From positions 1,536,001 through 1,600,000 of the forward strand of contig OZ242221.1 of the NCBI GenBank assembly GCA_965206845.1: 64,000 nt of DNA, in the 5' to 3' direction. Below the pieces are notes generated by a model that worked only from the letters and a program-made list of their open reading frames with translations, was not told the DNA's origin and ran no database searches. This document shows positions 38,813 to 49,390 of the stretch, piece after piece. Source of the stretch: Cenarchaeum sp. GTDB taxonomy: Archaea; Thermoproteota; Nitrososphaeria; Nitrososphaerales; Nitrosopumilaceae. Both the position numbers and the translations under genes were made by a program. How positions within the stretch are numbered: the stretch's first letter is position 1; every line of letters begins with the position of its first letter.

Positions 38813-39929
38813 CCAGCCCGAACCTTGTTGCTGCAGACTCCAGCGCCTCTAGGGCAGATTCGATATGATCCCGCTCCAGCCACGCGGTCACGGACAGCCT
38901 GATGCGTGCCTCGTCCTGCGGCACGGTGGGATACCGGATGGGTTGCACGAATATGCCTCGGTCTCGGAGAAATCCTGCCACCTCTGTTGCCCTTGCCGCA
39001 TCACCCACAAGAACGGGGATTATGTGGGACTGCGGGCCCGAGACCAGGCCCATCTGTTCCAGCCCTCGTGCCAGATGGCGCACATTGCGGGCCAGCCTAG
39101 AGCGGTGTGGTTCGAGATCCATGTTCAGGCGGTCCAGCGCATGCTCCACAATCCCTGCAGGCAGCGCCGATGTGAACATGAACGTCTTTGATCTGTTGAT
39201 GCACAGATCTACGACGTTTTGCCGCGACGCGACATAACCTCCAAAGGAGCCCAGGGCTTTGCTCAGGCTGCTGGTGATGATGTCGACGTCTGCCCCCAGC
39301 AGGGACGCGGCCCCGCCGCTGCCCACCGCAAAGTCCGCATGCGCATCATCCAGCACAAGTATGGCGCCTGCCTTTTGCACTATCTCGGCAATCTCCTTGA
39401 GCCTGGCATAGTCGCCGTCCATGCTGAAGATGCCCTCGGTCACAACGAACCTCCTTCTGGCCCCCTCCCTTATCCTCCTCTCCAGATCCTCCGTGTCGTT
39501 GTGGCCGTATACCGACACTTTTGCGCCTGAGAGCTTGATGGCCTGGATTATGCTGGTGTGGTTGAGCCGGTCAGATAGTATGAGGTCGCCGCTGCCGGCA
39601 ACGGCCGCCACGACACCCAGGTTTGCCATGTATCCGGTGGGGTATATCAGGGAGGCTGGCATGGACTTGAGCTCCGAAAGCCGGTCCTCTGCTGCGCGGT
39701 ACACCTCGTCATTCCCCGAGACCAGCCGTGCGCTGGACTGCATCCGTGACGGGATCATCTCTGATGACTGTATCCCCAGGTAGTCATTTGAGCAAAGGTT
39801 GAGCATTGTTGTGCCGCCGACTGTGATGTGCGGGCCCGATGTCCTGCCGTACGTCAGAGTGCGGTAGAGGGACTCGCGCCTCAGCCTCTCTATCTCGTCA
39901 TCAACATAGGAGAACCTTGACCCTGCCAA
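38781..39929 (-). CDS. bioF: 8-amino-7-oxononanoate synthase
   Basis: CSNDYLG, SDRLNH, TEGIFSMDGD, DDAH, SLSKALG and IRYPTVP. Adjacent to bioB. Confidence 0.9.
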   Translation of the reverse strand: MAGSRFSYVDDEIERLRRESLYRTLTYGRTSGPHITVGGTTMLNLCSNDYLGIQSSEMIPSRMQSSARLVSGNDEVYRAAEDRLSELKSMPASLIYPTGYMANLGVVAAVAGSGDLILSDRLNHTSIIQAIKLSGAKVSVYGHNDTEDLERRIREGARRRFVVTEGIFSMDGDYARLKEIAEIVQKAGAILVLDDAHADFAVGSGGAASLLGADVDIITSSLSKALGSFGGYVASRQNVVDLCINRSKTFMFTSALPAGIVEHALDRLNMDLEPHRSRLARNVRHLARGLEQMGLVSGPQSHIIPVLVGDAARATEVAGFLRDRGIFVQPIRYPTVPQDEARIRLSVTAWLERDHIESALEALESAATRFGLATCSRQARQT

Positions 39930-39993
39930 GCACCCGATATGTCGTGCAGCAGGGATTTAATGTGTTCTGTCTGTCCGGCGTGGCGCGCAGGGC

Positions 39994-40980
39994 TCAGGAT
40001 CCCGCCTGTAGGCCCATCTCGCGTATCATTGCAATGTCATCGTCGGCCCGGTTTCCGCCCATGGTGAGGTACCCCTCGGTGATTATGCCGTTTGCACCAC
40101 CCAGGAGAAGGCCCCTCCCAGAGTCCGACAGCCCCGACTCCCTTCCGCCGGATATCTTGATCGTCGAGCTGGGAAGCAGAAACCGGAGGACGGCCACCAT
40201 TCTTGCCACCTCTGGCTCCTCTATCGGGGACTGGAGCTCTAGGGGCGTTCCGGGCACGGGCACCAGGATGTTGATCGTGACCTCTTCTGGCCGTATCCGT
40301 GCAATGTCGAGCGCCAGCTCCAGTCTCTGCCGCGCCGTCTCTCCCATGCCGATTATCCCACCGGTGCACAGCTCCAGCCCGGCGTCCCTGGCCACATCCA
40401 GCGTGTCCAGCCTGTCTTGGTACGTGTGTGTCGTGCAGATCTCGGGAAACTTGGATCTTGCCGTCTCCAGGTTGTGGTTATACCTCCTCACCCCCAGCCG
40501 CCTCAGTTGCCGTGCCTGGTCCGGCGTCAGAAAGCCCAGGCTGCACTCCACATCTATGCCCACCTTCTCTCGGATATCTGACACTATCCTGCACACACGC
40601 TCAAAGTCTGCGGGCGGCGGCTCCCGCCATGCGGCAACCAGGCAGTAGGATACGGAGCCCTGCTCCTTTGCCCTTCTTGCCCTGTCCACGATCTCCTCGG
40701 TTGGCGGGAGCTGGTACGTGTCTATGCCGGTGCTGTAAAACGCCGACTGGGAGCAGAAGGTGCAGTCCTCACTACATGCGTTCTTCTTTATGTTGTTTAG
40801 CTGTTCCACGTCCACCCCGGTGCCTATTACGGTCCTTGTGATCTCCGCTGCAGCTCCTGCAAGCATCCCGATGTGGTCTTGTGGGATGCCAAAGAGTGCC
40901 ATTGCGTCCTCTGCGGATATGCTGCCGCCGGCAAGCACTGTCGACTTGCAACGGGATATGATCTCTGTCTCGTTCAACAA
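39994..40980 (-). CDS. bioB: Biotin synthase (radical SAM)
   Basis: CSEDCTFCSQS, YNHNLET, CTGGIIGMGE and SGGRE. Confidence 0.95.
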   Translation of the reverse strand: MLNETEIISRCKSTVLAGGSISAEDAMALFGIPQDHIGMLAGAAAEITRTVIGTGVDVEQLNNIKKNACSEDCTFCSQSAFYSTGIDTYQLPPTEEIVDRARRAKEQGSVSYCLVAAWREPPPADFERVCRIVSDIREKVGIDVECSLGFLTPDQARQLRRLGVRRYNHNLETARSKFPEICTTHTYQDRLDTLDVARDAGLELCTGGIIGMGETARQRLELALDIARIRPEEVTINILVPVPGTPLELQSPIEEPEVARMVAVLRFLLPSSTIKISGGRESGLSDSGRGLLLGGANGIITEGYLTMGGNRADDDIAMIREMGLQAGS

Positions 40981-41131
40981 CAGGATACCATCGCGCCGGA
41001 TAATAATAATTTGTGTGGTGTGGGATCGGCTCCCAGCATCGCCCGGATGCGGATCTGCACACCTGCCAGGCTTCTGCGCCCGGCACGCGCGCCGACAAAG
41101 CTTTTTTTATTCATGGCTGCCATCCAGAGCA

Positions 41132-41659
41132 GTGTCAGACCAGGATAAGATACCAGACGAGGCGGCTCCCGACAATGCGGATACTGCGTCTGAGGATGCA
41201 GGGAGCAAGCCCGGCACCAGGGAGATCCAACCGGATCCCATCACCGCATCGATCCTAAGCCCGCTCTCGGAGCCTGAGACGGACTACAGGAGGGGGGGCT
41301 CGAGCTTTGAGCAGTTCGTGGATGAGCGGATTCTTGTAAGCCACGATGCCTTTGGCAAAAAAGAGATGAAGATCAAGGTACTGGAGGTGTCAGACGAGAC
41401 ACCACCCGCCAGGTGGAAGTTCGGCGACAGGATCAAGCTGAACAAGATACTGATCACAATCAAGCACCTAGACACGCAGGAGATCGAGGAGGGCGAGCTG
41501 GACATCGAGGCGGTGGAGAAGGAGCTGATCGAGAAGCGCCACTACACCTCCACGAACCGCTGGGTTCCGATCACGGACATCAAGAACGGCTACGTAACCG
41601 GCTCCCGACACACCTCGCTGATAAGCGACGCACTGGCTCTGGACTATATCGTGTTCTAG
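41132..41659 (+). CDS. Hypothetical protein
   Basis: Coding-like 3' part of ORF 40760-41659. GTG start inferred downstream of a TTTTAT box. Confidence 0.7.
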   Translation: MSDQDKIPDEAAPDNADTASEDAGSKPGTREIQPDPITASILSPLSEPETDYRRGGSSFEQFVDERILVSHDAFGKKEMKIKVLEVSDETPPARWKFGDRIKLNKILITIKHLDTQEIEEGELDIEAVEKELIEKRHYTSTNRWVPITDIKNGYVTGSRHTSLISDALALDYIVF

Positions 41660-41696
41660 CCAGAGAATTACACACATCAAGTTACGGGTTCGGGAC

Positions 41697-41755
41697 TTTT
41701 TCTGACGCCCTGACGATCCCGCCAACACTTGGTTCTCGCGCTTTGCTTGCGGAGC
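41697..41755 (+). repeat. Dispersed 59-bp intergenic repeat, copy 1
   Basis: 45/59 ungapped identity (manual count) to 47652-47710. Confidence 0.65.
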
Positions 41756-41816
41756 AGGCGGGGACAGACCCCTACCGTGGAAAAGGGTTTTAAAGACTCA
41801 AAGTTGAGGCTTCACA

Positions 41817-42152
41817 TTGATCATCAGGGATGTAGTGATAAACGGAACTGAGTTCAGGGTGGCGCTCACTGATCAGACCATACGGCAGGTGAGGGATCTG
41901 AAGAGCCTCTACGCTATGTCCTGTGAAGATCCCGAGAGCTTTGACCAGATAAGCTCCCAGATATCTGGCATCATAAGCAGTATCGCGGCGACGGCCGAGC
42001 CTACCGTGACTGATGGTGATCTTGACGGCTTTATACAGGAGATAATCAAGATGGTGGACAACAGAACGGCTGCGGTGGAAGAGCTTACCGCAGGCACGGG
42101 CAGGGCCAAGACCAAAAAGAGAGCCGCAAAGACCAGACGTTCTCGGATGTAG
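41817..42152 (+). CDS. Hypothetical protein
   Basis: 111-aa ORF with a basic C-terminus and TTTAAA upstream. Confidence 0.7.
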   Translation: MIIRDVVINGTEFRVALTDQTIRQVRDLKSLYAMSCEDPESFDQISSQISGIISSIAATAEPTVTDGDLDGFIQEIIKMVDNRTAAVEELTAGTGRAKTKKRAAKTRRSRM

Positions 42153-42198
42153 CCTCCAAAGCAAAATTGGTTATATCCTAGAAGGTGTAAAGGCGTAC

Positions 42199-42339
42199 AT
42201 GGGCAAGAGCTGTGAATGTGGCATCTGCGGCCACTTTGACGAAGATGAGTGCTTTGTGAAGGAGTGCAGGTGTTGCATTAACTTTCACAGAAGATCCGGT
42301 CCAAAGGTTCGGCCGGTCTCCCCCCCCAGCATGTCATGA
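42199..42339 (+). CDS. Small Cys-rich, metallothionein-like protein (46 aa)
   Basis: MGKSCECGICGHFDEDECFVKECRCCINFH... has 7 Cys and 2 His. TTATAT at 42171. Confidence 0.6.
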   Translation: MGKSCECGICGHFDEDECFVKECRCCINFHRRSGPKVRPVSPPSMS

Positions 42340-42445
42340 GGCCGGCACTACACCCGGTAGCAACTGCACCTCTTTGCCACGTGCCTTGCGCATCCCACAA
42401 GCCGGTGGTCGGCGCATCCGCACAGAATACACTTCTTTGGCATGA

Positions 42446-42820
42446 CTATAGCTCCGATATGGCATGATCAATCTTGTCAATAAACCTTCCATCATAAAAC
42501 GAGTCGATGATCTTCAACCTCATATTCTTTAGCCTGTTGGGATCGTCTGCGTAGATGTCCGTCATTGTCTGGATCTCCCTTGCAAAGTAGTAGCTGTCGA
42601 GGTAACGGCTGGATGCCTTTAGTATTGAGACGTACAGATCGGCCTCCTTTTTGGACGAGTCGATTCTGCTCACTATGGCTCGCAGCAGGCCGTTGATCTT
42701 CTGCCACTCTCGGTTGATTATGTCAAGATCGCCGGGCCTGTCCTTGAGCTCCTGCAGCGTCTCGTAGGAGGATCTGATCTGGACAAGAAGATCCTTTATG
42801 TAATCATCAAACGTGACCAT
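42446..42820 (-). CDS. Hypothetical helical protein
   Basis: 124-aa ORF with typical codon usage. Confidence 0.7.
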   Translation of the reverse strand: MVTFDDYIKDLLVQIRSSYETLQELKDRPGDLDIINREWQKINGLLRAIVSRIDSSKKEADLYVSILKASSRYLDSYYFAREIQTMTDIYADDPNRLKNMRLKIIDSFYDGRFIDKIDHAISEL

Positions 42821-43304
42821 CCCGCCATATCTGCACTATCCGCATAAAAATTACTTTTGGATGTGCGCCTTTGAGTCCTGCACGGAACCGGGGTGGCCCG
42901 ATCAGCTGCGTCCGTACGGCACATGGCCAGTGCCTGAGACGTGATTCACAACAAGCGGAACCACACGTGATTGGCTTGGAGTTCATATGCATTTTGTGCC
43001 CTGGTGCTAATTGTGAACCGAGTCTCTGCTTTCTCACTGGTTGGAATCATGTGCTGCCGCCCGGCAGGAATGCCTGCACTATGAAAGCGCAGATGGCATC
43101 TGCCTGGGATCATCTGCGAATGCCGGATCCAGGTCAGGCGGCATCTACCTCATGGCATGCCGGTTCTTGCCACCTTGTGATATGGTGTTGCCAGGCGTGG
43201 GTGGAGACGCGCCGCGTCATTCTGGCCACAAATGAAAGCCTGGCTCATACAACAGGGTTTCAAAATCCGATATGCCGTGCCACCGCAGCAGGTCTCCGGA
43301 GCGT

Positions 43305-43739
43305 CTAGACTATCGAGATCTCCACCGGGTCACCCTTGCTGTCCCAGGCAAAGATGTCGTCGTTCTCGTAGGGCGACTTGACGATCATCGAGACCAGCCC
43401 GAAGAAGTTGTGCAGGTCTGTTACCGAGGGCCTGGCCGAGCCGCTGGGATGCGAGTGGACCATGCCCACGTACTTTAGATCAAACGGCAGGAAGGAGTGG
43501 GGAAACCCAGCAAAGGTCGGCCCGGTATACGAGAAGGGCGGTATCACAAGGCTGTCTACCAGTATCTCGTCTTTCTTTGACTTTCCCTTGAGTATGAGGA
43601 CTCCCTCGTTGGGGTGCTTGATCTTGCAGAACGAGAGTATGCTGTCGCGCGCGTCTGCCGTCAGGCTTACGTGGCGCTTTACATTCTTTTTTCCAAACAA
43701 CACCCTCTGGAACGATTGAAAATTAATTATAGTTTTCAT
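43305..43739 (-). CDS. JAMM/MPN+ (Mov34) metalloprotease
   Basis: HPNEG and HSHPSGSARPSVTD motifs. Start uncertain. Confidence 0.88.
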   Translation of the reverse strand: MKTIINFQSFQRVLFGKKNVKRHVSLTADARDSILSFCKIKHPNEGVLILKGKSKKDEILVDSLVIPPFSYTGPTFAGFPHSFLPFDLKYVGMVHSHPSGSARPSVTDLHNFFGLVSMIVKSPYENDDIFAWDSKGDPVEISIV

Positions 43740-43800
43740 ACGTGGTGCCGGGTTCAGGATGCCCGGTGCCGCCATTTCGCATCCGTGGCCAGGTGCCTGG

Positions 43801-45084
43801 CTATGGGTCAGCCCTGTAGATGCTGTACCGCGTGGAGGATGCGTCATACAGCAGCGTCTCCACCTTGGATATCATGCCCGCTCTCTGCTCTGCCATCTCG
43901 TGGATCTCGGATCTGATGGACCGTACCCGAAGCTCGCAGTCGTCCATGTCCGCTCTGGCCTTCTCCAGCTCCGTCCGGAGACGGTCCAGCTCAGAGGCAT
44001 CAAAGTCCTTTAGTGCGTCCTCCAGCTTTTTGCATTCGGCTGCGTGATCGGCAAACCTGCCACGAAAGGCATCCAGCATCTCCACGATGTCGTCGATCTG
44101 GGAGACTGACTTCATCTGATCCTTTACGGATACGGAGCCTGCCAGAACGCCCTTGCGCACTGCCATCAGAACCATGATGATCTCGCTCTTTGATCCGGCT
44201 TGTACTGCATCGGCGGGCTTTGAGACCAGCTGCTCTAGAAGCGCCATCTGATCCCTGTCCAGGGACGACACATAGAAGTACTTGCTCAGGGGCCTTGAGA
44301 TTTTGGTAAACTGGGACTCGATCTCCTTCCTTATGGTGTCCTCCTTCTGCCGCGTCTGGACAAGCTCCTCCCTTGTCTGGGCATACCGGGCGTACTCGTG
44401 CGATGACGTTATGCGGCCAATGGATCTGTCTGCAGCCTCGCTCTCCCCAGTGATCCGCACCATCGTCTCATGCAGCGCGCCCGTCTTCTCCTCCTTCTCA
44501 GATACCGCCGCCTCCGAGTCGGCGATCTGTTTTAGCAGGAGGCGCAGGTCTGCAATGCTGTTCTGGAACTCGTCAAAGCTCTTTACCATCTTGAAGAGCT
44601 CGTCACGATCCGAGTTCAGGATCGACAGCGTGTCCTTGAGCTTGTTCCCGTGCTTCTTTGCAAAGATGTGTATCACCCGGGACTGCCTCCCCAGGGTGTC
44701 GCCGATCCTCTTTATGGACTGGCCTATCTCGCCGGCAAAGACACGTACGTCGCTGGCGGATCTGATATCGGTAGTGGCGCGGCCAGCCTCGGCCCTGATG
44801 ACAGAGATCGTCTGCTTCTTCCCCCGCACGACCATAATCTTCAGGTGCCTGTCCACGTCGTCGGTCTTGAGGTCGGCCCTCTCCAAGGCGTCTGCTATGC
44901 CCAGCAGGTGGTTCAGTCCCGGAACCATCTTGGATCGGAGCTCCCCTGCCTCGTCCACGAGTGTAGAGGAGCGCAGCTGCTCCAGATCCGAGATGGCCTG
45001 CGGAATGGCGGACATCTCGATATTCTTTCTGCTGGGTGCCGCCTCCCTCACCTTGGGCCTCTTCCTGCCCCATCCAAAAATCAT
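43801..45084 (-). CDS. Long coiled-coil protein
   Basis: Heptad-rich sequence with no Walker motifs. Start MIFGWG is inferred. Confidence 0.75.
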   Translation of the reverse strand: MIFGWGRKRPKVREAAPSRKNIEMSAIPQAISDLEQLRSSTLVDEAGELRSKMVPGLNHLLGIADALERADLKTDDVDRHLKIMVVRGKKQTISVIRAEAGRATTDIRSASDVRVFAGEIGQSIKRIGDTLGRQSRVIHIFAKKHGNKLKDTLSILNSDRDELFKMVKSFDEFQNSIADLRLLLKQIADSEAAVSEKEEKTGALHETMVRITGESEAADRSIGRITSSHEYARYAQTREELVQTRQKEDTIRKEIESQFTKISRPLSKYFYVSSLDRDQMALLEQLVSKPADAVQAGSKSEIIMVLMAVRKGVLAGSVSVKDQMKSVSQIDDIVEMLDAFRGRFADHAAECKKLEDALKDFDASELDRLRTELEKARADMDDCELRVRSIRSEIHEMAEQRAGMISKVETLLYDASSTRYSIYRADP

Positions 45085-45355
45085 TTCGATATACATTGTA
45101 CCTGTCTGAATAAAACGTTTTAAACGAAGAATCGGCGTCTGCGTGCCTGTCATGCCAGGACACTGCATCCTGCGATCAGGGCAGGAATGGCAGACTTCCT
45201 GCAGCCGTCGACACTGCCGCCCTGGACAGCGGCACCGGTGGCCGGATCCATTGGGCACCGCATGTTCGGCGCGGATGCGCCCCGGAATACTCGGGGCGGA
45301 TCCCGGCGGGGCAAAAAAACTCAAGGGGTAAATACTGCGGGCGCAAATATACTGC

Positions 45356-45718
45356 ATGAGCGACACCAGGTTCATACTGGCGGGAGTGGCGCTTGTCTTT
45401 GCCGGGTTCATCACGTTGGGCGTCTTTGGCGGGGACTATGCCCAGGGCACGGTGGAGCAGATACAATTCGATGACTGCTACGAGTACTCTGACGACAGGA
45501 GTCCCGTGCCCATTGACTGCAGCGTCGTACTGCAGAACAAGGTGCTGTTCCTTGTGCTGGTTCTGGCCCTGATCGGGGCAGGCATTGCGGCGCTGGTCAG
45601 GGGCGCGAGGGGCGGATGGGATCAGGATGTCCGGCCCGAGGATATGCTTGGTCCTGGCGGTACAAGAAATCTGACGGACGATGAGGGAGGGGGCCCTTCT
45701 GCCGGCGACAAAAAGTAG
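45356..45718 (+). CDS. Hypothetical membrane protein (2 TM)
   Basis: Two hydrophobic helices flank a loop with two Cys. Confidence 0.7.
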   Translation: MSDTRFILAGVALVFAGFITLGVFGGDYAQGTVEQIQFDDCYEYSDDRSPVPIDCSVVLQNKVLFLVLVLALIGAGIAALVRGARGGWDQDVRPEDMLGPGGTRNLTDDEGGGPSAGDKK

Positions 45719-45998
45719 TGCCTACTGGCTTCCCACTATATAGAGGATGTATGCAGAAGCCGCCACTACCAGTCCTATTAGGACGTATCCCATGGCCTTG
45801 AAGTCCGAGGTCTCCACGGCTTTGTGTGCAGACGGTTGGTATTTATTTTGTTTGACGGGACGCGGGCGCGTGGCCGCTGCCGCACCGTGCATGGCGTGGG
45901 GATTTCCTAGGATGCAATGCCCGGATGGAGCGGCGCCCGGTCTCATGCCTGGCCTGCAGACCGGATAGGGGATCGCAAAGGAAGGCGTGCCAGACGCG

Positions 45999-47312
45999 CT
46001 ACCAGACGATCCCCCTTACCGACTCGATGGTGCGAACGGTTCCGTCTATGAGATCTGCAAGCTCCTCTTCTGATATCGCGAGGGGCGGCACCAGCAGTAT
46101 GATGTTTCCCAAGGTTCTGAGGTAGATGCCGTTCTTTCTTGCGGCCTCAAAGAGTATCCTGTTCAGGGATCCGGATGCTGTGACCGGCGTCTTGCTCTCC
46201 CTGTCGCTGACAAGCTCGATTCCCATCAGCATGCCGCTGTGCCTCACGTCGCCCACCATCTCCTGTGACTCGATCCTGTCGCGGCTCTCCTCAAACACCC
46301 TCGACGTCTCCCTGATCTGCCCGATCAGGCCGTATCTCTCATACATCTCCAGATTTTCTAGCGCAACTGCCGACGCGATGGGGTTTCCGGTGTAGGTGTG
46401 GCCGTGAAACAGGTGTCTGCAGTCGTCGTACTCGCCCAGAAACGAGTCGTAGACCTTCTCTGTTGCCAGCGTCGCGGCAAGGGTGAGGTATCCGCCGGTG
46501 AGCATCTTTCCAAAGGATACTATGTCCGGCGCGCTCCTCTGGGCGACGTACTCTGCCATGCTGCCAAGCCGGCCCAGTCCCGTTGCCACCTCGTCTGCCA
46601 CAAGCAGCACGCCGTACTCTCTGCACAGTCTGGAGATGCCCTCCTGAAATCCCCGAGGGTAGATTATGGCCCCGCCGGCCACCTGGGCCCCACTCTCCAT
46701 GACAAGGGCAGCGACTCCGTCGTCCTCCTTCATGGTATCCTCGATCCTGTCCAGGCAGTAGGATTGATACTCTTCTGGCCCAAACCCGGAAGGGATCCTG
46801 TACCTGTGGGGCACGGGCATCTGCACGCACTCGAACAGCTTTTCGCGGTACCTGGAGAAGAACTCCGCCGAGTACCCGATGGACATGGCCCCAAAGGTGT
46901 CCCCGTGATATCCGTTCTGCAGTGACATGATCCTGGTTCTGTTCTCGCCCAGGTTCTTCCAGTACTGGATGGCCATCTTGACGGACACCTCCATTGCCGA
47001 CGAGCCGTTATCCGAATAGAACACCCGGCTCATGCCGGGGCATGTCCTGACCAGCCGCTCTGCCAGCTGCTCTGCCGGACCGTGTGTCAGATTGAACAAG
47101 GGCGAGTGCTGGAGGTTCTGGGCCTGCCTCTGGATGGCGCGCACAAGCTCCTGCCTGGAGTGGCCCCACACGTTACACCACATGGACGCGACACCGTCCA
47201 GCAGTCTTCTCCCGTTACTGTCAAAAAGGTACATCCCCTTTGCCGAGACTATCTCATCAAATGCATCCCACTCGCTCATCTGCGTGTTGGGGTGCCACAC
47301 GGATCCGCCCAA
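45999..47312 (-). CDS. bioA: Adenosylmethionine-8-amino-7-oxononanoate aminotransferase
   Basis: VWHPNTQM, SMWCNVWGH, GYHGDTFGAMS, DEVATGLGR, GKMLTGGY and HGHTYTGNP. Confidence 0.95.
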   Translation of the reverse strand: MGGSVWHPNTQMSEWDAFDEIVSAKGMYLFDSNGRRLLDGVASMWCNVWGHSRQELVRAIQRQAQNLQHSPLFNLTHGPAEQLAERLVRTCPGMSRVFYSDNGSSAMEVSVKMAIQYWKNLGENRTRIMSLQNGYHGDTFGAMSIGYSAEFFSRYREKLFECVQMPVPHRYRIPSGFGPEEYQSYCLDRIEDTMKEDDGVAALVMESGAQVAGGAIIYPRGFQEGISRLCREYGVLLVADEVATGLGRLGSMAEYVAQRSAPDIVSFGKMLTGGYLTLAATLATEKVYDSFLGEYDDCRHLFHGHTYTGNPIASAVALENLEMYERYGLIGQIRETSRVFEESRDRIESQEMVGDVRHSGMLMGIELVSDRESKTPVTASGSLNRILFEAARKNGIYLRTLGNIILLVPPLAISEEELADLIDGTVRTIESVRGIVW

Positions 47313-47447
47313 CTACACACCCTGCCCTGTTGTGGTTAATAACCCATCGCAGCGGTCGGACCATCTGCGGTATCGGGTGTGATCCCTGCAGCAGGATCCG
47401 GGACATCACGCGCGTCGCAAAACCTGGCAGATATGACGCGGGTTTTT

Positions 47448-47555
47448 ATGGAAGCACAGACCACAAAAATGCATATGAAGAGATTCAAGCATACTAATTT
47501 AGAATTAGAACTTGCCAAGTTAAAGGCAGAAAAGAAGAAGAAGGCCCGGGCATAG
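47448..47555 (+). CDS. Small basic protein
   Basis: MEAQTTKMHMKRFKHTNLELELAKLKAEKKKKARA followed by a T9 tract. The start could be a later Met. Confidence 0.45.
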   Translation: MEAQTTKMHMKRFKHTNLELELAKLKAEKKKKARA

Positions 47556-47651
47556 GGCTATTTTTTTTTATCTCTAGACTGATGGTTCCGCCCGCGTGGT
47601 CGACATGTGCGGCCACTCTGGGGAATTGCGTGCCTGATTGGCAACCGTACA

Positions 47652-47710
47652 TTTTTCTGACGTCCTGGCGATCCCCTCCGCACTTGGCTCCCATGATCTG
47701 TTTGCAGAGC
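47652..47710 (+). repeat. Dispersed 59-bp intergenic repeat, copy 2
   Basis: Matches 41697-41755. Confidence 0.65.
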
Positions 47711-48092
47711 GTGTTGCGGTCCGGCCCCGGAATCTCACACCTAGTGGTGATGTTCTCTGCCGCCCGACTGTTTTTCTGACAGCGTTCCACGTGGGCCCGC
47801 AACCGTGCTGCGCCTGTATCCGTATTCCGCACGCATCATGCTGATGTTAACCTCTCTAACTAGGCAGTATGTTGCATTGATCTAGGCGCAAAAACTTGTT
47901 AAACTGTAAACCCGCGTTTGAGCAAAGCATGAAGCTACATCTTGCCAGTATATCCATCACGCGCATGCATATTCCGTCTGGCATGTGGTTTAATTTTGTA
48001 CATGGATTATGCTCAACGCTTGCTCCATTGCACTAAAACATGTTTGTGTAATTTGCTAACCGTTTAAAACCATACGAAAACTAGATCCGGCA

Positions 48093-49202
48093 ATGAACAT
48101 CAATACAACCATATTACTTCTTACACTTTCTGTACTTGTAGCCGTACCTTCCCAAATTGCATTTGCGGACAGCCAAGAGAAGCTGGACTTTGCCGCAGGG
48201 CTTGAAGAGACGCTCGGACACTTTTGGGCCATAGAGCTCAACCTGGACGAGGGGAACGCAAATCTTGCGGTGATCCACGCAACGCACCCGATAGCCGAAC
48301 TGTACGAATCCATGAAGCCGGCACTGCAGGATGCGGATCCTGCCTTTGACACCCGGTTCCGGACCACGCTGCTTGATCTGAAGGACGCGGCAAGCGTCGA
48401 CGTGTCGCGGGCACAGGCCCAGCAGACACTTGAGGACGCAAAGGCGCTGGTCCAGGATGCGCGCGACCTAGTTGTGGGTGACGCGCTCAGCGACGACCCT
48501 AACTTCAAGCTCAGACTGATGAAGACCCTCCTTGTGACGTCCATTGCAGAGTACGGCGAGGCCGTATCCGATGGCATCATTGAGGAGGTGGCCGAATTCC
48601 AGGATGGCTCTGCCTTTGTCTGGAGATCACAGCAGATCCTCGACGAGATAAGATCCGACATCAGCAGCGATGATGCCAGAGATATCGATGCGCTCTACAC
48701 GGACCTCTGGGCGGCATACGACGACAGGGCTGACCCGTCGACAGTTGACGCGCTCGCAAGCGGAGTCGTCAGCAAGATTGACAGCATAACAGGTGAAGGC
48801 TCGACCGGTCTGCTAGAATACGTCGAAACAATCCGGAGCCTGCTAGCTGACGCAAAGTCCGAATACCGCCAAGGCAACAACGATCTTGCGCTGAGCTATG
48901 CCACAAAGGCATATCTTGACAACTTTGAGTTTCTGGAGGGACCTCTGGTTGACGCAGGAGAGCGCGAGCTGATGCTGGAGGTAGAAGAGATGATGCGCGA
49001 GGAGCTTCGCTCGATGATAAGGGAGGGAGCTCCCGTACCTGAAGTGGATGCGCAGATAGACTTGATTCTGGAGAGAATGGACACGGTAGCAGTAATTGTG
49101 CCGGAGTTCGGTTCTATCGCAATGGTGGTTCTGTCGGTGGCAGTAATCGCCGTTGTCGTACTAAGCATGCGAACTAGGCTTGGCCTAGTATACAGAACCT
49201 AA
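48093..49202 (+). CDS. PEFG-CTERM surface protein, putative iron-binding
   Basis: Signal peptide and VPEFG + TM + basic tail. His/Glu-rich helices. AYLDNFEFLE motif is shared with the adjacent FTR1. Confidence 0.85.
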   Translation: MNINTTILLLTLSVLVAVPSQIAFADSQEKLDFAAGLEETLGHFWAIELNLDEGNANLAVIHATHPIAELYESMKPALQDADPAFDTRFRTTLLDLKDAASVDVSRAQAQQTLEDAKALVQDARDLVVGDALSDDPNFKLRLMKTLLVTSIAEYGEAVSDGIIEEVAEFQDGSAFVWRSQQILDEIRSDISSDDARDIDALYTDLWAAYDDRADPSTVDALASGVVSKIDSITGEGSTGLLEYVETIRSLLADAKSEYRQGNNDLALSYATKAYLDNFEFLEGPLVDAGERELMLEVEEMMREELRSMIREGAPVPEVDAQIDLILERMDTVAVIVPEFGSIAMVVLSVAVIAVVVLSMRTRLGLVYRT

Positions 49203-49390
49203 ACGATCTTTTCAATTTTTATTTCTGCTCTAGCGCTGGCCATGGTGCCGTAGGCGCAGAACCCAATCCATCTTCTCCGCGCACGCATCCGGGCCGGCAT
49301 GGCTGCTCCCATAACAGTCATTTGTTTTACAAACGTAGAATTTGTTTGGACTTTAAATACGCTCTACCGCCAATCGACAGTGGTGCGCAC

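Noticed and set aside
43801-45084. SMC/Rad50-like ATPase
   Set aside because: Coiled coil only. No Walker A/B or signature motif.
47311-47337. BirA operator upstream of bioA
   Set aside because: Only a weak AACTACA/TGTGGTT inverted repeat. It does not fit the TGTtAAC-N14-16-GTTaACA consensus and is absent upstream of bioB.
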